Part shown: piece by piece, positions 11,622-24,707 of the stretch
Position numbering within the stretch: the stretch's first letter is position 1
How the letters are laid out: every line of letters begins with the position of its first letter
Source of the DNA: Macrostomum lignano
Lineage: Eukaryota
Direction: 5' to 3'
NCBI GenBank assembly: GCA_002269645.1
Contig: NIVC01001248.1
Location: 39,158 to 103,157 of the forward strand
Length of the DNA: 64,000 nucleotides
Translations under genes and position numbers: made by a program
Notes under the pieces: model-generated
Told to the model about the DNA's origin: nothing
Database searches by the model: none
What the model saw: the letters and a program-made list of their open reading frames with translations, nothing else

Positions 11622-12218
11622 AACTGGGACTGGGGCGCCAACTGGGACTGGGGCGCCAACTGGGACTGGGGCGCCAACTGGGACTGGGGCGCCAACTGGG
11701 ACTGGGGCGCCAACTGGGACTGGGGCGCCAACTGGGACTGGGGCGCCAACTGGGAACTGGGGCGCCAACTGGGGACTGGGGCGCCAACTGGGACTGGGGC
11801 GCCAACTGGGACTGGGGCGCCAACTGGGACTGGGGCGCCAACTGGGACTGGGGCGCCAACTGGGACTGGGGCGCCAACTGGGACTGGGGCGCCAACTGGG
11901 ACTGGGGCGCCAACTGGGACTGGGGCGCCAACTGGGACTGGGGCGCCAACTGGGACTGGGACTGGGGCGCCAACTGGGACTGGGACTGGGGCGCCAACTG
12001 GGACTGGGACTGAGGCGCCAACTGGGAACCGGGGCGCCAACTGGGGACTGGGACTGGGGCGCCAACTGGGGACTGGGGCGCCAACTGGGACTGGGTCTGG
12101 GGCGCCAACTGGGACTGGGACTGGGGCGCCAACTGGGACTGGGACTGGGGCGCCAACTGGGAACCGGGGCGCCAACTGGGGACTGGGACTGGGGCGCCAA
12201 CTGGGGACTGGGGCGCCA
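11622..12218. repeat. 18-bp minisatellite GGGGCGCCAACTGGGACT (~30 copies, G-rich)
   Basis: Visible tandem units, with 24-bp variants at the right end. Confidence 0.95.
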
Positions 12219-13474
12219 TACTAGGGCGACATGAAGAATCGCCATCCGACTAAGAAGGATGCCATTCCTTAATTATTTGCATTCGGTGCAAAGCAGATGC
12301 TCTCCTTAAAACTTTGGGTGCCACCCCGAGCACTTCTATAAATCGATTTGGGATAACCAAAACAAAGACTTGATTTTGTCTTGCTGATAGCAGCCAGTCT
12401 GGGGAAAACGAATCACTCTCGTGCCGGCAATCAAGGCAATGGCATCAGGATTTGGCGATCTTGGCCCATAAACCGAAGGCGGACGGCTCTGGCAGAACGG
12501 CGCAAGACAATAAAAAGTAGTTGCTGAGGCCCTCCTGTGGCGAAACAACAGAATGCTGGTCTTTGTTCGGCTTATGGCACACTGCGCGCGGGGTCTCGTG
12601 CGTAGTCTCCGAATTTCCCTGCTGCGAGCTTGACGTCTTCAACATCCCCTTTCGCGGGCGGCGGCTGTCGCCATTTCTTCAAATCAAATCGATGCATCGG
12701 CCCTAGCAACCGCATGGCAACTACACGCACGATGCTACGATGCTTGTTCAACAAGCTCTGTGTCAGTCTTGGTCGTCATACAAAGCTAATTATTATTAAC
12801 GAGGCGTGTCTCCTGACTGTTTTAGCCAAGCTGTTAGTGACGCGCATATTGCATAAATTATCTGTGCTGTGAATGTGGACTGCGAAACCAAGGGAAGGGA
12901 GCAACTGTCGATCAGCCTCACCATGCAAGTTTCAACATCACCCGCTGAGGTTCTGGGTCATAAGTTCTAGATGTCAACTACATTCGAAAGCATAAGAGAC
13001 ACCAGGGGGAGGGTAGATAGGAAATACTATGAACTTTAACGGTAAATCTTCATAATAGAATAACCTTTTAAAGCCTTTTAATTGGGTTCTTTTTTATATA
13101 GCATTCTTCGCTTGCTAAAGTTTGTTTTCGATACATATCGGATAGTTGATATGTACTAGCTTTAAACCCGGCTCATTGTTTAGGAATAAAAAAATTCATG
13201 AAAAAGCTTTTATAAAATACATGCTATTCAAAAATTCAAAAATACTAATTCATAGCTTTCTCAATCTTATCAATTTAAATGGTAATTAAATGGTAATTTT
13301 CACAGTGGCAGTCACAAATAAGGGCTTCAATATGAAATGCGTTAAATTTTGAAAGAGATTTGCAAACCAAAAATGTAATAAAACTATCCTTCTTTTCTTA
13401 ATTAATAAGTATAAGAATTAAAAAAATTTCTGATAAAGATTAGAAGGAAGGCAAAAACATTAAAAAATAAAAGA

Positions 13475-13546
13475 AGGTCCCACCGAGACTCGAACTCGGG
13501 TCGCAGGATTCAGAGTCCTGAGTGCTAACCGCTACACCATGGGACC
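13475..13546 (-). tRNA. tRNA-Gln (anticodon CTG)
   Basis: Reverse complement GGTCCCATGGTGTAGCGGTTAGCACTCAGGACTCTGAATCCTGCGACCCGAGTTCGAGTCTCGGTGGGACCT is 72 nt with all four stems pairing, loop CTCTGAA, and a downstream T-run Pol III terminator. Confidence 0.97.
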
Positions 13547-14446
13547 GCTGTGGGAAGGAGGCCATAATTATGGTTTTATAGTTTAAAAATCCTACCTTAA
13601 GAGCTGATTGAACGAAGTCTGAGGCTTAATTATCAACCATAAATAATGCGTGCGTGTCGTCCGGCGGAACCAGTCTCCACTCAGGCTCAGAGACTCAGTG
13701 ACCTAATCACCCGACCCGAAAACACGGAAATGCAAATTGCAAATCGTGGCTCTTTCTTACACTAGACTAGCTTGTAGACAAGTGAATGACCTTTTTTATC
13801 ATTTAGCACAATTACAAACCCTATGTGAAAATACTACAAAGTTTACTTCTGACAGTTTTGTATCGCTTTTTCCAGTTTGAGATGTTTCATTTTTGATTTG
13901 CGAATGAAGGCAACGCAAATTTAGACGGGAATCTCCAGCGAGCAAAGTTTTGAGCAAATAAAAGACCTGCTGAACGATAATTCTGGCTTATATATTTCCC
14001 AGTCCATTGGGAGATCCAAAAGTAAGCGAATAAATTCCAATGCAGCTTGTCAATTGCACGCTGTCAAGGCCAAAACTCCGTTAAGCAGAGTTTGGCTTTT
14101 GATTTAATATAATATGAGTTAATATAATAGGCGAGACTAAGCCAATACCATTATGGATGTCTCAGTCTTTTCCCATTTAGCTTGTAAACACTTAGCTTGT
14201 TTGGCCACTGAGATGGAAAAGGCCATTCCATGGCATACATAGACACCAACTGTGACGATGGAAACTCCTATTTTGTATTTTTACGTTTCTATTTACTCAG
14301 ACAAGAGCAATATCTTCAATAAGCCTGAACAGTTAGTAACCTGTATATTTTATAGCAGTAGTAGGGAGCGAGGTCCACAGTTTTCAAATGAAAGTATGCA
14401 TGTAAGCCTAGAGAGGGCAGACTTTTTTAACCAATTGCCGCCTGCA

Positions 14447-14555
14447 AATGTCCGGCTGGCAAACGTTCCGCAGGCAAACGTCGGCTGGCAAAACATCGGC
14501 TGGCAAACGTCGGCTGGCAAACGTCGGCTGGCAAAACGTCAGCTGGCAAACGTCC
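14447..14555. repeat. 14-bp tandem repeat CGTCGGCTGGCAAA
   Basis: About 7 visible units. Confidence 0.85.
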
Positions 14556-15107
14556 CGTAGGCGGTCTGCTGGCGCCGAGTCCCACTGCCCGCAGCCGGGT
14601 GCAGATGCTTCTACTGATGCTGCAGCGTTTTATCGACTGCCTGCTGGCTGGCGTCATATGTGCACCGTTTGACCTTCAGATGAGCCTGACAGCTAGCTTA
14701 TTCTGCAGCTGTTGTTGCAGCGCACTTTGACCATGCAGCCATGCAGGTAAGCCATGGCCATATGAACCATAGCATGTCAAGCGACTACTAAGACATTCGC
14801 ATCTTTCATGACATGATTTGTATCATTAATATACATGTACTTCGTAGTTATTCAATATAATGCATCACATTACATGTACAATACCAGTACTTGACGGTCG
14901 GGAGTTGACGAGCCAGACCCCTACATCGATATATATTCAAGTCTTTAAATAAAAAGAAAGTGAATTATATATAAAACAAACAAAAATATTTTAATTTTAA
15001 TTTAACTACTTAATACTTTAGTTGTTATTTCGACATTTAATCACAAATATATTTTAATAGGCTATGGAACGAACAAATTTGCTATGGTAGGGTAGGGTGT
15101 TTAAAAT

Positions 15108-15213
15108 TGAGCCATGGAGTACAAGGCCATGGAGTACAAGGCCATGGAGTACAAGTCCATGGAGTACAAGTCCATGGAGTACAAGGCCATGGAGTACAAG
15201 GCCATGGAGTACA
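15108..15213. repeat. 15-bp tandem repeat CCATGGAGTACAAGG
   Basis: About 7 visible units. Confidence 0.9.
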
Positions 15214-15410
15214 AACAATGAGCATACATCGATAGGTGAAGAAACAAAGGTAATAAAATCTGTACAAACGACATGCATAGTGGAATTAAAACTACATGTA
15301 TCTATATAACTGTTTACAGTTACTTCTGGGTTAAAAAAGGCAATTTAAAAACTGCTACCGTGGCGCGCAACGCGTCGGGAATCAAACCCGTGACCCCCGT
15401 CCCAGGTGGG

Positions 15411-15595
15411 CTACCAGGCAAACTCGCTGCGCACCCGAAGCACGAGAGTCCGACAGTCGGCGATGGAACTGCAAATGTCAGCGAGGTCCATGGAATCGGT
15501 TGGGAGTCCCTGGATCTCCAGGATCTGGTCGCCGACGCAGAGCACAGACTGATAGCGCAGCTGGTCCTTGGCGTCGTTGAAACGGCTCACGAACA
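15411..15595 (-). CDS. PDZ-domain protein, last exon (C-terminal half of the PDZ domain)
   Basis: Acceptor GCAG at 15596 in phase 1 joins the upstream exon to give ..RRQPHGG|VFVSRFNDAKDQLRYQSVLCVGDQILEIQGL..LVLRVRSEFAW*. VGDQILEI is the PDZ LxxGDxIxxV motif. Confidence 0.85.
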
Positions 15596-15685
15596 CTGCT
15601 GCATGGCGGTGAGGAGTGATGATGTGTTTTGAGAATTCTGCATTCTACTGCTATTACTTTGAGTAGTTTGAGTAAGTACCGTCTA

Positions 15686-16327
15686 TGAGCAACTATCTGT
15701 AATTGACTGCAACTGTCTGTAATTGACTGCAACTGTCTGTAATTGACTGCAACTGTCTGTAATTGACTGCAACTGTCTGTAATTGACTGCAACTGTCTGT
15801 AATTGACTGCAACTGTCTGTAATTGACTGCAACTGTCTGTAATTGACTGCAACTGTCTGTAATTGACTGCAACTGTCTGTAATTGACTGCAACTGTCTGT
15901 AATTGACTGCAACTGTCTGTAATTGACTGCAACTGTCTGTAATTGACTGCAACTGTCTGTAATTGACTGCAACTGTCTGTAATTGACTGCAACTGTCTGT
16001 AATTGACTGCAACTGTCTGTAATTGACTGCAACTGTCTGTAATTGACTGCAACTGTCTGTAATTGACTGCAACTGTCTGTAATTGACTGCAACTGTCTGT
16101 AATTGACTGCACCTGTCTGTAATTGACTGCAACTGTCTGTAATTGACTGCAACTGTCTGTAATTGACTGCAACTGTCTGTAATTGACTGCAACTGTCTGT
16201 AATTGACTGCAACTGTCTGTAATTGACTGCAACTGTCTGTAATTGACTGCAACTGTCTGTAATTGACTGCAACTGTCTGTAATTGACTGCAACTGTCTGT
16301 AATTGACTACAACTGTCTGTAATTGAC
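15686..16327. repeat. Near-perfect 20-bp minisatellite CTGTAATTGACTGCAACTGT (~32 copies) filling the PDZ-gene intron
   Basis: Visible; begins within ~10 bp of the GTGAG donor. Confidence 0.95.
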
Positions 16328-16334
16328 TTCTCAC

Positions 16335-17229
16335 CTCCATGCGGCTGCCGCCTGGCAACAAAGAAGCCGAACCTGGCGCCGCGCGGCCGCTGCAGTCGAA
16401 CCAGGCGAGTCCCGTCAGCGCCAAGTCGCAGCACGCGACCTCGCGGCGACGCCCTCGCCGTCACAGTTGACGGCGTCGTCGAGGGAGACGACGCAGCCGA
16501 CGCTACGCTCGACGCTGACACCGGCTGGCGCGGCTTTTTTGCCGACGTTGGAGTGCCGGCGAGCCGCTGCATCAAACGGTGCAGCGAGGACGACTTCTGG
16601 CGCCGTTTGGGCGTCTCCGCCCGTCCGCCGATGTCGCTAGCGCTGCAGGTGGTGGCGGCGGCGGCGGGAGAGACGGCAGCAGTGGTGGCAGCAGCGGCCA
16701 GCCTGGAGGCGCTGAGGCTTCGGCGGATGCGTGAAGCGATTCGATGGCGCGCTGACCGCGCCCAGCCGCCCAGGGGAGTCTTCGGCTGCTGCTGCTGCTG
16801 CTGCTGCGGCGGCATCGGCGGTGCCTGCGGCCTCGTCGGGCTGGTCTGCGCGTCGCAACAGCCGGAGCTTTTTGGGCTTGGCGACGATGTTGATCCGGCC
16901 GGCGCTGGTGCCGGCGCCAGCAGCTGGGATCGGCGCCGGTAGTGCGGGTTGGTGGCGATGGCGGGGGCGGCAGGGCGAAGGCGCGCCATCTTGGCCGGGG
17001 TTGCCGGGGTCGTCAGTGGAGGCGAAGACTCTTCACTTGAGGACTGTCGACGCTTCCGACTGCAGGCGGCGGGCAGCAACAGGCTGTGGTCGACTCGCAG
17101 CGGCTGCTGGCGCTGCTGCTGTCGGCTGCCAATCGCGTTGCTACCGTCCAAGCGCAGGGTGGTGACCAGCGACTGCGCTAGCTGTGGCGGCGGCGGCGGC
17201 TGATGCGGCTGCGGCGTGGTGGCGAGCAT
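16335..17229 (-). CDS. PDZ-domain protein (Par-6/KIAA1614-like PDZ), main exon with a low-complexity N-terminus and the start of the PDZ domain
   Basis: ORF from ATG 17229 through Ser/Pro/Gln-rich sequence to RLVRLQRPRGARFGFFVARRQPHG (carboxylate-binding loop RFGF). Donor G|GTGAG at 16334. Spliced product 359 aa. An acceptor just upstream (17239) suggests further 5' exons. Confidence 0.8.
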
Positions 17230-17384
17230 GGCTGCACTCTGCGCGTTGGAGAATGGGGGGAGTCAAAATATAAAAAACCTTGCTCTGTTGCTGACTAATG
17301 TGAGCTGATGAGGCTGGTTTAAAGATTTAAAAAGCCATAGAACAGATCGATAGACACTTGGACTCTTTGGAGAGACAGTGAGAA

Positions 17385-18337
17385 ACGACGGGAGTCCATG
17401 GCAGATAGATTGACAGACAAGCTGAGAGAGTCCGTAGCAGATAGATTGACAGACAAGCTGAGAGAGTCCATGGCAGATAGATTGACAGACAAACTGTGAG
17501 AGTCCATGGCAGATAGATTGACAGACAAGCTGAGAGAGTCCGTAGCAGATAGATTGACAGACAAACTGTGAGAGTCCGTAGCAGATAGATTGACAGACAA
17601 GCTGAGAGAGTCCGTAGCAGATAGATTGACAGACAAACTGTGAGAGTCCATAGCAGATAGATTGACAGACAAACTGTGAGAGTCCATAGCAGATAGATTG
17701 ACAGACAAGCTGAGAGAGTCCGTAGCAGATAGATTGACAGACAAACTGTGAGAGTCCATAGCAGATAGATTGACAGACAAACTGTGAGAGTCCATAGCAG
17801 ATAGATTGACAGACAAACTGTGAGAGTCCATAGCAGATAAATTGACAGACAAACTGTGAGCGTCCAAAGCAGATAGATTGACAGACAAACTGTGAGAGTC
17901 CATAGCAGATAGATTGACAGACAAACTGTGAGAGTCCATGGCAGATAGATTGACAGACAAACTGTGAGAGTCCATAGCAGATAGATTGACAGACAAGCTG
18001 AGAGAGTCCGTAGCAGATAGATTGACAGACAAGCTGTGAGAGTCCATAGCAGATAGATTGACAGACAAGCTGAGAGAGTCCGTAGCAGATAGATTGACAG
18101 ACAAACTGTGAGAGTCCATAGCAGATAGATTGACAGACAAGCTGTGAGAGTCCATAGCAGATAGATTGACAGACAAACTGTGAGAGTCCATAGCAGATAG
18201 ATTGACAGACAAGCTGAGAGAGTCCGTAGCAGATAGATTGACAGACAAACTGTGAGAGTCCATAGCAGATAGATTGACAGACAAGCTGAGAGAGTCCGTA
18301 GCAGATAGATTGACAGACAAACTGTGAGAGTCCATAC
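17385..18337. repeat. 36-bp minisatellite CAGATAGATTGACAGACAAACTGTGAGAGTCCATAG (~26 copies)
   Basis: Visible; 12-aa period in the ORF track; no spacers. Confidence 0.95.
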
Positions 18338-18959
18338 GAGACAGATCGATAAACAAAGTGTGACAGCAAATTAAAAGCAATGAGAAAGCAGATAATTATC
18401 TTACCAGTTATATATGAAGAATCAAAGCTGGCAAATCGAAGTATACCCGACGTTAAAGCCTGGATCAATTTGATGATTATGCCAATAGAATGTAAATATC
18501 TGGACTGGGCAGTAAAGGAGAAACAGGGTGAGTGGAGCCAAAGCCGCGGACCCGCCTCCAGGCTTTATAGCCCAACTCGTATCGCTCGATTCTGGCCAGC
18601 CAATAGGAGCTGTCCAGCGTCTTGTCAGCCAATGAGAGCCCGACCTTGCGTCCTGTCTCTCCCAGTCACTCCTCTACGGCTCTACCCTCACTTTCACCGG
18701 CCTTTCCGACCGACTTGACCCGCTCTAATTAAACACGAACTCTATAATAAAAACTAATTAGCTAATAACACTAACACATATTTGCTAATTATGAATTTAG
18801 AAAATTGCCACTATTCCTTTAATACATCTTAATTCAAATTTCCGTTGCTGAGTGTAGTGCTTCCATTGTTCATAATTCATTTCCCAATTGAAGTTGTATG
18901 GATGATGGGTGATGGCAGTTCAAATTATTGTGGTCTCTGCCTGTATAAGCCGCATTTTA

Positions 18960-19490
18960 CTTCTCTGTCTACCCTCTCCCTTCCCCTGGCTAATATCTCT
19001 CTCCTTTTACCTACTCTCTCCCCTGTCTACTCTCTACGCTTTCTAATCTCCCCCACTCTCTCCCTTGTATCTACTCTCTCCCTGTATATTCTTTCTTGCT
19101 GTCTACTCTCACCTCTGTCTACTCTCAACTCTGTCTACTCTCTCCCCTGTCTACTCTCTCCCTTGTCTACTATCTCTCTCTTCTATCTACTCTCTCCCCT
19201 GTATCTACTCTCTCCCCTGTATCTACTCTCTCTCCCCTGTATCTACTCTCTTCCCTGTATCTACTCTCTCCCCTGTATCTACTCTCTCACCCATATCTAC
19301 TCTCTCTATTTTCTCTCTCCATGTCTACTCTTTCCTCTGTCTATTCTCTGTCTTGTATCTACTCTCTACCCACTCTCTCCCCTGTCTACTAGCTCTCCCC
19401 TGTCTACTATCTACCCTGTCTACTCTCTCCCGTGTCTACTGTCTCCTCAGACTACTTCATATTTTTCTCTCCCTGGATCCCCTCTCCCCT
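18960..19490. repeat. Pyrimidine-rich degenerate repeat (TCTACTCTCTCCCCTG)n
   Basis: Visible low-complexity C/T tract. Confidence 0.8.
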
Positions 19491-20249
19491 CTCCGCTCTA
19501 GGGAAGACCAGCCAGCACCAGCTGCGACAAAATTTCAACCCATGCAGTGAGAGTCCTGGATTCCGAATCGCACGCAGCTGCATGGAGCAAACGGGATTCG
19601 CATAACCGAACCCTGGCAGAGTTTGGGAGGTGCGAACTTGCCAATTCTGTTCAATTCAATGTGCAGTGATATCAAAAACTGCTCTAGATGGCCAAGGTTG
19701 ATATTTTTTAGCACCAGATGGAAAAATATGTGGAATGCGCCAATGCTATAGCTAGTGGGAGCCGAAAGGTGTGAAACTGTGCTGAACTCAAGGTGCGAAA
19801 TACGTTCTATACAGGCAATCTGATAGATAAGAGTTGAGACAGGAACTTGAGATATCATCGCTAAAGCTAACTGAACCAACCGCTGCTGCAAGGGTGAAAG
19901 TTGATGCGTCCCAATGTGCGATCGCTAGATGCTCACCTGAGCACAGTCCGCATCTTTCTGAACAATCTGTGCTGAGGGCACACAGTGATCCGTTTCGCAA
20001 TACATTTGACAACGACGGATTGTTTTAGCGAGATTTAACAGTCAATATCTCAACTCCACCTCTTATGGCTGAGCATTGCAAAATTTTCAACTTGATATTG
20101 ACAGCATCATGACCTCAAAACTGAAATTCACCTGTGCTGTTCTCGTGTTTTATACTTTTTTTACTTTTCCATGTCCTTCAGTATCATTTTCGTCAAAAAA
20201 ACTGTCTGTTTAGCTTCATTTTCTCTCATCACTTCTCTCAGATCTCAGA

Positions 20250-20700
20250 TCTCTCATCTCTCATATCGCCTTTCCCATCTCTACTCTCCAATTTCTACTC
20301 TACCATCTCTACTCTCTCATCTCTACTCTTCCATCTCTACTCTCTCATATCTACTCTTCCATCTCTACTCTCTCATATCTACTCTTCCATCTCTACTCTC
20401 TCATATCTACTCTACCATCTCTACTCTCTCATCTCTACTCTCTCATCTCTACTCTACCATCTCTACTCTCCCATCTCAACTCTTCCATCTCTACTTTCCT
20501 ATCTCTACTCTCCAATTTCTACTCTACCATCTCTACTCTTCCATCTCTACTCTCTCATCTCTACTCTTCCATCTCTACTCTCTCATCTCTACTCTTCCAT
20601 CTCTACTCTCTCATCTCTACTCTTCCATCTCTACTCTCTCATCTCTACTCTTCCATCTCTACTCTCTCATCTCTACTCTACCATCTCTACTCTCTTCCCC
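20250..20700. repeat. Degenerate (CTCTACTCTTCCAT/CTCTACTCTCTCAT)n 14-bp repeat
   Basis: Visible tandem units. Confidence 0.85.
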
Positions 20701-21644
20701 TCTCCATTTCTCATCGGGCGCAGCCATATTGGTTAGTTAGGAACCCTCCCTTCACGGGCCACTATCGTTGTCTCCATCTGTGTCGTTGGTTACCAAGCCA
20801 TGCAGCAATTGCAGGCCAAAAGTCACAGAAGATAAAAAAATGGTCAAAGCCATCAAGCGTGCAGCACAACAACTCTCCTAATTAGATGCGGACAATTCCT
20901 GAGCTCTTGGAACTGACATGGTGTCAGCTTACAATACGGGCGGCATCTGAACTGAAAAATGTCGACAACGGAATCAAACTTGACGTGTTCGGCAATGCGA
21001 ACAATGTCATATTTTGGCATGGATACAGAATGCGAATTTCAATAAATAAATTTGCCTTTTCATTCACTGACTTTTCACGCTCAAATTAGTTCTGGGAAAC
21101 TGTCAACATGAATTCGGGCCAGAGGCACAGGTGCACCGCGGCAACGAGATCAAACAAACAAATTTGCAAAACGAATTTGCAGTTATAAAAAAATTCTGAT
21201 TTCGAAAATTACCTACAGATCCTGCACCTGCGCTCAAGCAGCAGAATTGCTCAGAGGCGTCAGGGCTGCAATGGCCAGTCAGCATTGACAGTCGCAGCGG
21301 GTGGTCCGTCTCGCTGCGGCTGGTCGGCAAACATCAAAAGCCAACTGAGATTTGCACCGTGTGCTGCGGAATGCCACCTGTAGAGGTGTTGAGGTAATTA
21401 ACTCGGTCCAAACCGGCACGGAATAGCTCTGCAAATGCTCGCTCACAGCTGGGGCCGTTTAAGGCGGGGATCTTAAACTCCCTAGGGGATAAAATCAATA
21501 AAGGTGTTGCGGATATGGCAAACTGTTTGTGCTCATTCTCTGCTCAGCGGGTTACTGGGTGTTCGAATCCGCAATCTAGCTCTGTTAGGGCACACTCGCA
21601 ATTCCATGCTGCTCAGGTATATGAAAAACAACAGGAAAATGTTT

Positions 21645-22160
21645 TCTAATCTCTCCCTGTTTCTCTAATCTCCTAATGTTTCTCTACTCTCTTCATGTTT
21701 CTCTAATCATCTCTCCCTGCTTCTCTAATCTCCCCCTGCTTCTCTAATCTCTCCCTGCTTCTCTAATCTCTCCCTGCTTCTCTAATCTCTCCCTGCTTCT
21801 CTAATCTCTCTCTGCTTCTCTAATCTCTCTCTGCTTCTCTAATCTCTCCCTGCTTCTCTAATCATCCCCCCCGCTTCTCTAATCTCTCCCTGCTTCTCTA
21901 ATCTCTCCCTGCTTCTCTAATCTCTCCCTGCTTCTCTAATCTCTCTCTGCTTCTCTAATCTCTCCCTGCTTCTCTAATCTGTGATTCCCTGTTTCTCTAA
22001 TCTCTTCATGCTTCTCATAGCCTTAGTTCTCTAATCTCTCCATGCTTCTCTAATCTCTCCCTGCTTCCCAAATCTCTCCCTGCTTCTCTAACCTCAACCA
22101 TAGAATCGCAACCTGTGTGTCTAATCTCTTTCTAACGGCGTCCTGTTTCTCCAATCTCTC
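21645..22160. repeat. 19-bp minisatellite CTCTCCCTGCTTCTCTAAT
   Basis: Visible tandem units. Confidence 0.9.
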
Positions 22161-23057
22161 TCACATCTCTATATCACTTTCACCTAGCGTGCTCAAATAA
22201 TCACACAAAACAGACAAACAGCCAAGGCCCACAAACACAATGACCTCCCGGTTGCATCTGATCCCGAGCTCATCCGACAAAGGTGGAATTTCAGTAGCTA
22301 GCGAGCAAAGAATCAACAGCTCAAAATTCGGTGTTGATAAACCACAGCTCGATCGAGTCAATAAAAGCTTACAGGCATTCCCGGAGGTATCTCAGGTCTA
22401 TCAACTCGAAGATCTACGAAGTGGCAGCTCAAATTTCACTGATCGGACTCGAGCTAACATATTTTCTATTATTATGATATTTTAAAAAAATAAAAACATA
22501 ACCGTTTTATGAGCTCAAATAATGGAATAAAATATTTATTGGCCGTTGTGTCTGACGAACGGGCCTTCATAAATCCATCAAAAATAGCCGCGGGGGTTCC
22601 GTCTAGATAAAAATATGAATCATCAAATTCCCATTGTGCGGCCCAGAGGTGAGAATAGCGCCTCACTATGCCCACCAGTTTGAGTCAGTTATTCAAATTT
22701 CACAATGTTTTTTTGGATAGTGAGGTGCGATATGCAAACTCCAATGCGAATATGCAATTGCTCCGGGTATTGTTGTTTTCGAATAATTGTCGTTTTGGTG
22801 ACGTAATCATCGATTGAAACTCGAATAGCTGGAGTGCGGTGGTGGTGCAATAATGGGGACTGTTATTGGGTTGGGGGTGGCGTTCGAGAGTTTGGTAAAG
22901 CGGCACGGGACTGCAGTGTTTTGAAAGCTATTGCAGTGCCTTTAGCCTGGTTTGGTCAAGTTTCACATTTCCGCAATTTCGAAGTTTCTTCAAACTGAAA
23001 TTTCACAAACAATATGCATTATAAACGCAGGGGCTTGATAAACATGAAGTTTGCTAA

Positions 23058-23885
23058 TCCTGAAGTTTCACTGTCCTGAAGTTTCACTGTCCTGAAGTTT
23101 TGCAGTCCTGAAGTTTTGCAGTCCTGAAGTTTCACTGTCCTGAAGTTTTACTGTCCTGAAGTTTTACTGTCCTGACGTTTCACTGTCCTGAAGTTTCACT
23201 ATCCTGAAGTTTCACTGTCCTGAAGTTTCACTCTACTGAAGTTTCCATTCCTGAAGTTTCACTGTCCTGAAGTTTCTTATTCCTGAAGTTTCACTGTCCT
23301 GAAGTTTCACTGTCCTGAAGTTTTACTGTCCTGAAGTTTCACTGTCCTGAAGTTTCACTGTCCTGAAGTTTTGCAGTCCTGAAGTTTGGCAGTCCTGAAG
23401 TTTTACTGTCCTGAAGTTTTACTGTCCTGACGTTTCACTGTCCTGAAGTTTCACTCTACTGAAGTTTCACTGTCCTGAAGTTTCACTGTCCTGAAGTTTT
23501 GCAGTCCTGAAGTTTTGCAGTCCTGAAGTTTGGCAGTCCTGAAGTTTTACTGTCCTGAAGTTTTACTGTCTTGACGTTTCACTGTCCTGAAGTTTCACTC
23601 TACTGAAGTTTCCATTCCTGAAGTTTCACTGTCCTGAAGTTTCTCATTCCTGAAGTTTCACTGTCCTGAAGTTTTACTGTCCTGAAGTTTCACAGTCCTG
23701 AAGTTTCACTATCCTGAAGTTTCACTGTCCTGAAGTATCATGAATCCTGAAGTTTCACTGTCCTGAAGTTTCACTGTCCTGAAGTTTCACTATCCTGAAG
23801 TTTCTCAGTCCTGAAGTTTCACTGTCCTGAAGTTTCACTGTCCTGAAGTTTCTCAGTCCTGAAGTTTCATGAATCCTGAAGTTGC
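23058..23885. repeat. 16-bp minisatellite TCCTGAAGTTTCACTG (~50 copies)
   Basis: Visible tandem units. Confidence 0.95.
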
Positions 23886-24707
23886 AAAAGAACCTGAATT
23901 TTACAAACCAGAATTTCCCTAAACCTCAAACTCTGTAACGCAGAACACGGAACCGCGCTGACTCGCGAAAGCTCATTAGCTTCGTCGAGTTAAAACAAAA
24001 AATTGACCCTTCATTTTTTCCGCCATCCAACGATGGCAGTTTCTGAGCCGCTTGGATCAGTTGAGACCCAAACTTGACTGTGTAATCCAATAGTTTGTTG
24101 CCAGCAGCTCATAACAAATCCTTCATCACTCGAACTCAAACCCGGTGTAAAATTTTTAAGCTCAACTTATCGAAGCGAGCAAAGTCACGGATTGGAAACT
24201 AATCTGGAATTCCAAGTTAATTCTATGGAATCTTAGGATTCAAAATTCGAAAGTAACAATAGCAATTCAGGGGTTAGTAAAATAGTTCGACAAAATTTCG
24301 TCAGCAATATACAGAGAGAGAACACACTGGCATTAACAATCAATAAATACTGCCCAGTATAAATATATCCCAAATTCCTTGAAGGCAAATAAACAAAAGT
24401 CACTTCCAACAATTGGAAAGAAATGTTTTGCATCTCGTGTTTAGCGCGTGTCATTTTGTAAGGGGGAAGTCCCTTCGGGATCTGTGGACTTGGGGGAATT
24501 GTTTATAAACTGTGCTTGAAGAATCTGTGCTTGGCTGCCTGCAGCTGGGTAGAGCTTTGAACAGGGGGTTGAAAGCTCTCTGTGCGATCTGGAATTGAAA
24601 TGTGCGATTTCTCCGATCGAGTCTCCCATGTTTAATGACATTCATCCAGACCCAGTGAGTTTTATAACACGATTCTTTTATTTTCTTGGGTTCCTTAAGA
24701 TCTGTCA

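Noticed and set aside
14560-14750. GC-rich segment between an AG acceptor and a GTAAG donor (possible + strand exon)
   Set aside because: Stops occur in all three frames before the donor and there is no recognisable domain.
22161-22906. Protein-looking short ORFs (e.g. GIVRRYSHLWAAQWEFDDSYFYLDG)
   Set aside because: No recognisable family, interrupted frames and no consistent splice structure; possibly a decayed TE.
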